From the NCBI GenBank assembly GCA_016746295.1, contig JAEAOA010001935.1, forward strand, positions 2,610,024-2,674,023: a DNA stretch of 64,000 bases. The letters are read 5' to 3'. Shown piece by piece: positions 53,841 through 64,000 of this stretch. Under the pieces are notes generated by a model. It ran no database searches, had not been told where the DNA came from, and was given only the letters and a program-made list of their open reading frames with translations. The stretch comes from Potamilus streckersoni. Its lineage: Eukaryota. Each line of letters starts with the position of its first letter. Position 1 is the stretch's first letter. The translations under genes were made by a program, and so were the position numbers.

Positions 53841-56339
53841 AAATAATGTCCAAAAACCTCATTATGTCCTATAGGCTACAACAAAACCAAAATATTTATA
53901 ACACTGGGTTCTGAACTAAAATGGTAATAACAAAGCATATAATGTAACAAAGCTTCATCACCAGACAACAAAACCGAGAAAAGGTTTCACAAATCAAATA
54001 AAACAAAACTTTGACACTTACCCATATGGCCTGAGATGATAGTGGAGAGTATGCACACCACTGACAAAATCCAAATGACTTGTCTCGGTTTGAAATGTAT
54101 CAAGTTTAAATCCATAGGAGTGAATAATAGTTATGGTCAAATCCTCATGTATACCATGCTTTCCATTCAAGGCAAAATCAAGTTATTTATAGCCTTATTC
54201 TGTGACAGAGAACTCAATCCTCTTTTTTTCATAATTGGGTATTTTCTATTCAGCAAATATCTCATCATGGTACTGTTATTTCAACTTAAATTTTCAGTCA
54301 GAAATTTACTTTTTTATGATTGAATAATGATCAGTTTTTTAAACTTTTTCAGTTTTAATCAATTGTTTTCTGGTTGTCAATTTCAGATTTTGTCACTTTC
54401 TCTATTATGCCAGCTTGATATAGTAATACTTTAAATATTTGTACACGCTTTGTACAGAGTATTTTGACATTCCATTAGGACAGTTATCCTTTCTTTACCA
54501 CTATTGTAACATGTACAATGTTCATCCTGTTAAATCCTATTAAATCTTTTAGAATGTTTTCGAATGAATTATATATATATATATATTTATATAGAAATAG
54601 TTGGAATTTTTTATATAAAAAAATTGGCCTTTCTGTAGATTTCATTCCCTCTATTGAAATGTATTTTTCTCATTTCTCTTCATTAAATATATCTCTGAAT
54701 GCATTGTATATATGACTTTTTTGTTTTCTTCCTATTAGCCCAAACATATTTTGAGAAAACACGTATCTCTGACACCATTGTTGTATTCTTCAAATTCTTG
54801 CATATCATCTATATCAGCTTGGAATTGATCTCCCATGTGACTAACAAATACCCTTAAGTATCATTTTGTTGCTTTGTTGATTCTTATGTATCTAGATTGT
54901 TCAGTCAACCAAAGTTAAAATTAAGTGTATTGTTTCTTATAACTTTTAATTTGTTTTCACTATTCGTTGGTATCATGCAGAAAACTACTTTCAACGTCAT
55001 AGTATAGATTTCTTAAATTTGATATTTGTCTTCCCTAACCTGAATAATTTATTTCACATTATTTCTGACTTTTGAATGAGCGCCAATGAAATCAAACCTA
55101 AGACTAAAAATTTTATTTAACTCATCAACTGTGTATATAAAAGATTTGTCAGGAGGATATAAATGTAAATCAGTTGTAATAATTAAACGAGTCAAAGGCA
55201 AATAAAATAATAATGACAATGGTTAATTGACCAATACAGATTACACAATGAATTGTTTTTTTTTTAAAAATCTTAAAGTCTGTGTTAGCTATATTCATGC
55301 CCATTGGCAGGCTGATTTTGTTGATGTGCAAAGATATGAAAATACAACAGTGGATAGACTCTTGTACAGTTACTTGGTAATTCTCATCAATCTACACAAT
55401 CATTCATGATTCCTGTGAAAGAAGTCAAGATATATATGATTATTTATATAGGTAATTACAAATATATGTCAAACAAGAGAAAGCGCTATACCTCGTTTCT
55501 ACTGGAGATTGCTTGATAATACTAGGCACAATTAATATTTGATACAAATAATACTATATAGGTTAGAGAATTTTTAATTCAAGATGCAGAGAGGTCAAAT
55601 GGGGACAATTTTAAGTTAGAATTAATTAATATTTTTCAAAAAGTCTTCTGGTAAAAATCCGTAAAAACAAACTTATTTTTGTCTTTATGCAAATGAATGA
55701 CAATAACAGACATTTAAAAGAGATCAAAATGTCAGTGGTTCATTAGTTGTAAGGTTCCTTTAGTCAGTACAATATCTACGTCAGTATTTTGGTCAGTACA
55801 TTAGCATGACAATGATTACACAAGTTGCCTGCCAGGTTAATTAAGCAATTTAAAAAAGACCTTATATATACTGGGTTAAAATATCCTTTAATTGTTATAT
55901 TTTGCTAAATTACACAAAACATGGTTTGGTCTAACTACTTTAATGGCTTGATTACAACTGACTTAAACAGAAAACATGTACACTAGTTTTTATTGCTAAT
56001 GTTATCATAAGTTAAATAGGGTTACAACTGATTAATAGCATTTAGCTGACCTTAGATGACCTATAACTGTCAGACCATTTTGTACCAACAGAACAGAATG
56101 TTAATACCGTATACTGCCAAAGCTTCCCCATAAAATTAGCCTTGTGCATTCTTTTAAATTCCTTGTTCGAATCTTCCATGTCTGGTTTGGCTTATTGATG
56201 ACTAATTGCGTCTTGTCATTCAGTTCAGTGACCTTTTATGACTAATTGCGTCTTGTCATTCAGTTCAGTGACCTTTTAGTAGTATTTTCATATGTATCAT
56301 ATATCTCTGGTAATGTCTGTTTTGTTTGTAATAGATGTA

Positions 56340-58480
56340 TTCGCTTTCTCCTGTATATAGCACCATCCTGGGTTTTCACATGACATGACCTTGGAGTGCT
56401 GCTTTTTCTGACGACTACAGCTGGTTTTCAATGATCTTGTCTTCTGATTCTTACTTTGTCTCCAGAAGCCATATTTGGAAGCTCTTTACTTGTTCTGTCA
56501 TACTATTTATTTTGCTGATTTTTCTTTTCACCCAGTTTCTACGTTAGGTTTCTTTCTCGATAACTAGCTGTATGTTGGTAGTAGGTAAAGTCGATCGAAG
56601 TCTTCAACTCATCAGTATTTGTGCCAGAAATCTTATATCATCAATTGGCATACTTCGATACTCCAACATAGATAAATATGGATCTCTTCTATCTCTCTTT
56701 GCCTTATTGAGAATTCTCTTGACAGTTTGAATGATTCTTTCTGCTAAACCGTTAGAGTGTGGATACCTAGGACTTAACGTAGTGTGTTTGAATCCCCAAG
56801 TTTTTGAAAACTGACCAAATTCTTTTGAGGAGAACTGTGGTCCATTATCAGTCCTTTTTTCTGGTATCTTGCAAATGCTGACTGTGTGTGATTACTGTGC
56901 TTGTTCGTGTATTTGTAACTTGGAAACTTGAGAATATCTGGAGCAATAGTCTACTATCATGACAGTTGTAATTATTGCACGTAAATAAATCTGTTCCAAC
57001 CATTTCCATTGGTGTAGTAGTTTGTGTAGACAAATAATGGTTCTTTTTTATTTGGTTTACTTTAATGTCTCTTGCTCTTTGCTTGGTCTTCTCAATGCCC
57101 ATATGACTTTAGTGCAACTATTTTAGTATTTTTTTCTGAAGAGCATCTGGTATTACAATCTTCTCTTCTTTTAGATTTAATTCATCTATTCCTGAAAATT
57201 CATCTTAGCAGTTCTAGAAATTTATGATTTCAAAAGGTATGGCCATCCCTTTGGAATCATTTCTTGTAATTTGGTCATTTTATTATCACGTTTAGTTCCA
57301 TTCTTTATTGTTTCTAACTGCAATCTGTCTATTTGTCATGATCATGTACACATAACACTCATTTTCACTATCCATGTTCATCTAAGATGTATTCATCTGT
57401 CTGTATGCCTTTGACTATATATTTGCTACAATTAACTTTTTTCCTGGACAATGGGTTCAGTAAGAACTCTACTTCTGCAGTCTTAAAAGCATTCTCTGAA
57501 GTCTAGGTGGTGCGGCAGATTTCTTGAGGATTGATTCCAGAGGTTTATGATCCGATTCAACTTGTCCTTGACGACCATAAGTATATTGATAAAATCTTTC
57601 AATACCAAAAACTATAGCAAGCAAGTTCTTTTATGAACTGTGCATATCTTCTTTCTGCATCTGTCAAAGACCTTGATGCAAATGATATGTCCTGAATTTT
57701 ATCCATCACAATTAACATCGACAGGCTTCCTAACATCGATATATTTCAACACAGGTTCATTACTTAGAATCTATTTGATCTCTTCAAATGCATGTTTCTG
57801 TGCAGTTTCCCAAACAAATCCGTTGTCACTTTTCAAAAGTGTTCTGATTGGCTCTGTCACTGTTTACATATTTGGGATAAATTTCGCTAGGTGTTACACA
57901 ATAATCTTTAAATTCTGTTCTTATCCATGGGAGCAGGCATTTCTGTGATTGCTGTTACTTTTTCTGGATCATTTTTAATACTTGGTGATGTCAAAATGTT
58001 TTTCCGTTCCATCTCTTCCAAAGTTGATTGAAGTGGTTCTCTTAAAGCTGTAGGAACTGTCCTTGGTGGATTAATGACAGGTTTCACACGTTTGTCGATT
58101 GCAATGTTATTTTTGTTTCAGGCATCCTAGACCTTTGAACAAGCTGAAATTCCTAAACGATATGATTGTCCTTATTTCTCTGATCACTGTCAGCTGCTTG
58201 TATTAAGTGTAAATCTTGAGATGCTTTGAACCCAACAATAGGCGGTTAGTCTGTTTTTGTGATATACAAATTAGGTTTTTGATTTATGCAATTTTAGTTG
58301 CATTTGCCTATGACAATTTGTTTGTTTCCAGAATAGCTTGTGAGACAGGTCTTGATTGATTTTACTTCAAAATTGTCAATGTCCATTGTCTCAAAAATGT
58401 GATTTGGGATGATGTTTACTTGCGAGCCAGAATACGTTTCAAATTTGACTTCAGAACCATGAAGAGTCCAATTTCAGTGT
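56340..58480 (-). pseudogene. Ty3/gypsy-like LTR-retrotransposon pol relic (protease - truncated RT - RNase H - integrase), multiple frameshifts, RT catalytic core deleted
   Basis: Minus-strand translations show each domain. Protease: HGSEVKFETYSGSQVNIIPNHIF...LTSYSG. RT N-terminus: TVPTALREPLQSTLEEMERKNILTSPS. RT thumb: ITEMPAPMDKN...LLKSDNGFVWETAQKHAFEEIK. RNase H: AERRYAQFIKELACYSFWY...NLWNQSSRNLPHHLDFRE. Integrase core: TDNGPQFSSKEFGQFSKTWGFKHTTLSPRYPHSNGLAERIIQTVKRIL...YLSMLEYRSMPI. Integrase C-terminus: GDKVRIRRQDHKPAVVVRKSSTPRSCHVKTQDGAIYRR. LTRs not found. Confidence 0.65.
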
Positions 58481-59884
58481 TTGCCTTTGGCACTGTTCCA
58501 ACAAAAGATGTTTCTTGCTCTTCACTTGAGTATTCTTGCATATTTGTTTAATGTGGCGAAACTTAAGGTTGAATAAATTGTGTTTTGAAGTTATCATAGT
58601 CAAGCCAGAAAGGTCTTGATTAAGTTCACTTATTATTCTCTTATTTCATCTCTGGAACATAAAAGGATCTATGTTTAAGCTCCAGTGAGAGTGACCGAGT
58701 CATCCTGATGGTGAGGTGACACAGGGTACATAGAATTACCGACTGTATCGGTTAGAAGGGTTAGAAAAGGAATTTAGATGGAAAAAATGATATTTTAAAT
58801 AGAAAGCTAATTGCAGCATGTTTTAGGCTGGCGAAATCTGATGAAAGACATGATTATTTGGGAGAATTTTAGAAACAATTATATCCGATTGATCAGGAAA
58901 AAATTAAGGAGACTGTGGGAGACTGAGAATTTAGGGTACCTCTTGCTCAGCATTCTTTAGTTCGACTCTTGGCTTGTAAGAAGACAACAGGCCCAACTCC
59001 TAGGGGAATTTGAGAATAGTGTTTTCCCTCGTAGAAGAGGCCAGATAACTGTCTTAAAAATGGAAGACAAGCTATAGCACTAGGACACACGGTTTGTGTG
59101 GAAAGAAACGGCATTATGGTACGCAATTTTAGTTTCCATACAATATTCTATTTCATTTGCTTGCTTTTTGCAAATGTGTTCATATGCTTATGATTCACGC
59201 ATTATCGTGTATTCGTCTTCTAGGACTCTATTGATAGGTTAGAGTGTTGTGAAATTTAATTCTTTAATTTAGCAATCATTAGTTCATTGTAACAATTGAT
59301 GGATTGCATGTAATCAAATATTCAATGTGTAGAATTCCAGAGGAATTTATTATGTATCCCAAAGGATGCTCATATATGCAGAATTTCATAGAGATTTACG
59401 AATTAGCCCTAATAAGCAGCTGTGTTATATAACTCATGATATATGGATTGATTTCCTGTGTAGGAGGATATGGTTATCGTGAGCTAATGACAAGTTTATA
59501 TATGATTTTGCAATGATTAAATGATCTTGCAGGTTATTGGTTACTGTAGCTAAATTTAGTGGATATAATGCCATAAGTAATTAAGCATTTATTTATTGAA
59601 CAAAATTGACTAGTCAAATGTACCTAAGACGTGTAGATGTTCCTCGTGAATACGCAGATAGCTGATGAAACCAATTCGCACTCTGAAGAGTCTGGGCAAT
59701 GACAGGGAAATGCCAGGAGCTGGATAGACTGAGGTTGGTGCTGGCTCTGCTCTTCCTTTTCTGGCGTTTGTGTTTGGACTCGTTGATCCGGTGCTCTTCA
59801 AAAGAAGCTGATCCTGAGTTGATCTGGTGACGCCAGGTAGTGCAATCTTAGGCAAGCTGCTCCCAGCGGTCAGAATCAGTGCTT

Positions 59885-61955
59885 TAGGACTTTATTTTTC
59901 GAATTATTTTGACATCCACTATTATGCTGGATTATCTGATAAATGAAATAAAGTTTTATTATTGTAAATATACCGATAGATATTTTTAAATTTTATATTA
60001 TAAACTAGCGAGTCGGTATCAGTAAATCTGGCCATTACTTTCTGGTAAAATTATAGTGAAAATCGTACATCAGCCACTTTAATATATCAAATAAAGCTGC
60101 ACCGACATAAATCAGTTTATTTAACTTTAAATTTGTCTTGCAACAAGATTTTCATTTAATATTTTCATGCTAACAAAACTAGCATTAACTAATTTATTTC
60201 TGCGATTTATGTCATTAACAATATCTATTGAAACTCTTTTTCGAGTATTTTCCATCGCCTTGCCGAACACTGAGTTATTCATTAACTTGAAAAACGTTTT
60301 ACCCAAATTCGGTTTTAGCTACAGCACGACGTTTCGTATTTTAAGTCAATGTAATCTGCCATCCACATCAACTGATTAAACTTTAGCTCACGACAGGATC
60401 CACAGCTTGTTTTAAAATTTTGTAATGCATAACGTAATTTCTTTTATTCAAAAAATTTGGAACTAGCTTATTAGCAACCAAATTTTTTGCTGTTGTCACT
60501 GATTGTTGTTCAGGCAATAATAAATTAAAACCAAAATGGATAACCGTTATGTAGATCGTGTAACAACTAGGATAATCTAGATCAACTTCAATAAAATATG
60601 TGAAAAAAAACCTGATTGCTTTTTCTAGGTAAATCTTTTTCAGTTTCTCTAAGAAATTGATCTGGATTTATCCAATGAAATCCACTGTACAGCATTTGTT
60701 CTAAATCCTAACCATACACATTTACACAATCTAGATAAATAATATGATTGAATAGGATATTTTTGTCATAATGTGATTAGATATTTGTTCTTAGCTACTG
60801 TATATTTTATGTTGCAACGCTAATTTAACCTCTGATACCTTTTCAATATGGTTAAACATATCAACATCTCTTAAGAGATCCAGTTTTATTTTGCTTGTTT
60901 TTAGTAGAGCGTCCAACGACAGCCCGTGAGCAGAATAATACCAAATGGGATCTAATACATAATTTTTATGACTAACTTGACGAAAACTCTCAAAACCATC
61001 TGTTTCCAAATATAAATCATGATAATCACCAAATGTTACAACTAAATGTATTCCAAATATCTTGTGCATATTTGTATTCGTCATCTGTGATATTTTTATT
61101 TTTGAGTTGCGAGTTAAATTTATTTTTATCAGGAAGAGAAGTTTCATTAAATCTGCGCCAATCATCGAGATAGTCGTACTGAAATATACCTTTATTTGTT
61201 AGATCGATATAATTTCCACCAAAGCAACTTTCTAGGTTAGCGAAATTGTTACAACCTTTTACAAACACATCAAATGAGGCTGCTATAAATAGCTGGCTAT
61301 CAATAAAACGTAGTTTACCGAGCGTCACTGACATATACTTTTAAAAACTATTTGGAGTACTATATATTGTATATTTTAAGATTAGTTTAGCTTTAATATT
61401 TTTATCACCAAATGCTTCTGCAATAATATTACTGTCAAATCCAGAAAGATCTATAAAACTACAGGAATGCAATCTGGAGCAGGAAATTTTAAATTGCAAC
61501 TCTTATGAGCTGCTCCACCATATTGGCCGGTCAAATGACATGATCTCGCACCTTGTTACAAACTCCGCTGGAGTCTATCAGCAACGCTTCAAAAAGATGA
61601 CAATCAACTGCTTTATCGAAATAGAGTTCTTGTTTAGATGTTACTTTCATCAAAGCTGTTTTAAATAATCTGTTAAAAGTTTTATTAACTTCGTCTATTA
61701 AATTTTTAATAACCATGCAGCTGGGTTTTCACCTCTATATAATATTATCGGAGTTGAAAATTTATAATTAGTGCAACTAACTGCTTTATTAACTACTTCG
61801 CAAGGAATATGTTGTTGTTTTGTTTTAGTATTTGATTTATTTGGATATTTTTCTGCTCCAACAACAGGAACGAGTTTACACTCGAAATCAGTGTAAATAG
61901 AAAAAGGAATATTTAGTTTATGGTCATAATTTATAAATTTTAATTTTTATTCGCT
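59885..61955 (-). pseudogene. Decayed protein-primed family-B DNA polymerase (PF03175/DNA_pol_B_2-like, Polinton/Maverick-type) gene, truncated at its 3' end near 59885
   Basis: Minus-strand translation, with several frameshifts and stops, carries every diagnostic motif. N-terminal: KVRDHVI / GQYGGAAHKSCNLKF. Exo II region: KLRFIDSQLFIAASFD. Then YDYLDDWRRFNETSLPDKNKF...DDEYKYAQDIW and Exo III GDYHDLYLETD. Pre-motif-A: YVLDPIWYYSAHGLSLDALLK. Motif A: YLDCVNVYG, followed by YFIEVDLDYP and KLVPNFLNKRNYVMHY. Motif B: FKLMNNSVFGKAMENTRKRV. Then LIYVGAALFDILKWLMYDFHYNF. Motif C: RFTDTDSLVY. Confidence 0.7.
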
Positions 61956-62136
61956 AGGCAGAGTTACTTTTTTAAAGTTGACACAGTATTTGAGATGATC
62001 ATACAAATATTTACAACAGAAATATTTTTATTTTTATTTTTACTGTACTGTCTAACAACTAAGCCGTTTCAGTTTTTATCCAACAATAATGTCCCTGACA
62101 AAATAATATTTTTTTTTGTATCTGGTGCTGCATTTC

Positions 62137-62219
<83 letters not shown>

Positions 62220-62963
62220 GTGGTCAACAATTTCTTTCTCAAATAGTCTGACAACTTTTACTGAGACAAGGTTTTGTTTTTCAAACTTAGGTATATGATT
62301 TCGCTCTACTGGAAAGTCAATGCCATTAAAATTTAGTTCGTCTTTCTACGGAAAACATTTGTTAACGCGACCACCATTCTTTTCGTTTGGAAATAACACA
62401 GAAAATATAGACCATTGAAAACATTTATCTTTATTTTTTACATTTATATAGGGTTTTTTGTTTTTAAATTTTTTTTAGGACGATCGACCTACAAACTACC
62501 GCGAAGTACGTTATATTTTGCTGTGTTAAATAAAACTTTTATCATTTCAAATTTTCAACAAGATCCTGATGCAGTAAATTATTCAAATTTTTTATTTCCT
62601 GGTGTATTTCATCGGCGACTATCTTAACATTTCTTCCAGTTAATATTTGTTTCGATTTAGGCATTACATATTGTTCCCAAATTTCTGTCAAAACATTTTC
62701 TTTCAAAAATTACATCAAGTACATCCTCAACTGCGTGTAATTTTGATAAAATCGTAAGTAAATTAGCTATAAGTTTGACACTTTTATGAGCCGCAAGTTC
62801 TTTTGATATAACAGGTTGTAGAAGATGAAATAGATTTGTGGCATAAAAATTTGCTAAAATATTTCGATCATCAAATTTGTGGCTATTATCGTAACCTGAA
62901 AATTCCGTAGCGAATTATTCAGATTTAATAATGTTCTTTTTAGCAATATCTCGCAATTTTAAC

Positions 62964-63053
<90 letters not shown>

Positions 63054-64000
63054 TGCACAACGAATCTGATTAAATTTTCACAAGCAGGTCATTAATGTGG
63101 TATACACAGTAGCATCAGAATCAGCAACATGGTCACCGCAAAATAACACTATCAAACATATCGAGGAAGTCACTGGTGTATATAGGTTGTTCGTATTTAG
63201 AGGTGCAAAATTTAGTATATTTACCACATATTTATGTCGTCATTCAACCGATATTTATTCTGGAACTGTATCTGTGGTGTTAAATAAAGATGCAGAAGAA
63301 ACATTTCTACTCAAAGAATCGGATAAAATTTTAACCGCAGCGTCTTACTGGTGGTGTCTGGAATGTGTCGCTGAACTGAAACTCCTCAATTAACTTCTTA
63401 ATTAAATGACTTAATTATAATAACGCACACCCAATGACTGGGCTATAGTTTTTAACATTGTATAAAATCTGTACACAAATATTATATAATGAAGAAAAGT
63501 ATAGTTGATTTTAATTATATTTCAGAATTCTACAACAAGATGTGGACGCTCCAATACAATATTACAGATATTATCATTTTAAAAAAAAACTTTGGTGCCT
63601 AAAAAATGTACAAATACTACAACAAAATATTTCGAGTGATATGTTTACCACTGCTAATTACTAGCTCTGGTATAATTTCAAGTGGAGCATCATGAAATCC
63701 GGTTTTGTTAATAATATCCGGCGTTGGTGTTTCTCTTGCAATAGCGTTTAAACAAATAAGCCTCGCCTTGCGACTAAAAATATGCTTGTAAAACAGCAAA
63801 TATCACTTATAAAATTTTTTTCGATCAGATACAATCTTATTTAGGTGGTTTAAATTATGATATGGATGATTTAATACGCAAATTCCGTATTACTGACAAT
63901 ATATTAACATATATTCTGCTAATGAGAGTCAGCAGATATAAAAATATTATCTTAAAATATGGGTAACAACAGTAGTAGATGTGTAATTTTGTACTGCTTT

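Noticed and set aside
56848-57102. 84-aa ORF read as a possible independent gene
   Set aside because: It is one reading-frame piece of the frameshifted gypsy-like integrase (PMEMVGTDLF… before the DDE core). It is covered by the pol pseudogene feature.
59610-59855. 81-aa minus ORF (MPKIALPGVTRSTQDQLLLKSTGSTSPNT...) in a GC-richer island next to the PolB truncation point
   Set aside because: I could not match it to gag, PolB or any family. It is possibly part of the inserted element's 5' region. I kept it only as context in the LTR/PolB finding.

Overview
This window is eukaryotic (metazoan-type) DNA, not prokaryotic. It is AT-rich and has GT-AG introns, tRNA-derived SINEs, a LINE 3' fragment, DNA-transposon relics and more than 20 mini/microsatellite arrays. 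I therefore did not look for operons or bacterial defence systems and found none. The main real gene is a seven-exon plus-strand gene spanning about 36 kb (7382-43300), which I reconstructed by hand from splice sites and reading-frame continuity. Its product has a Ser/acidic-rich N-terminal half and two C-terminal SUMO-like beta-grasp domains, and the protein ends directly after the second domain. That architecture matches the NFATC2IP (NIP45)/Rad60/Esc2 'RENi' family. Its introns carry two SINE families, a CR1/Jockey-like LINE tail, a hAT-like element with an 8-bp target-site duplication sitting inside a 52-bp minisatellite, a ~26-bp terminal-inverted-repeat (TIR) element, and many tandem arrays. 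The 3' third of the window (about 49.8-62 kb) is a transposon graveyard. It holds two, possibly three, decayed protein-primed family-B DNA polymerase (PF03175-like, Polinton/Maverick-type) pseudogenes on the minus strand. One is interrupted by a Ty3/gypsy-like pol fragment (PR-RT-RH-IN, with the RT catalytic core deleted). Most six-frame ORFs in the supplied track are translations of tandem repeats or intronic read-through and are not genes. I found no previously undescribed system; the Polinton-like polymerase relics with their unresolved flanks (62.3-64 kb) are the best candidates for follow-up.
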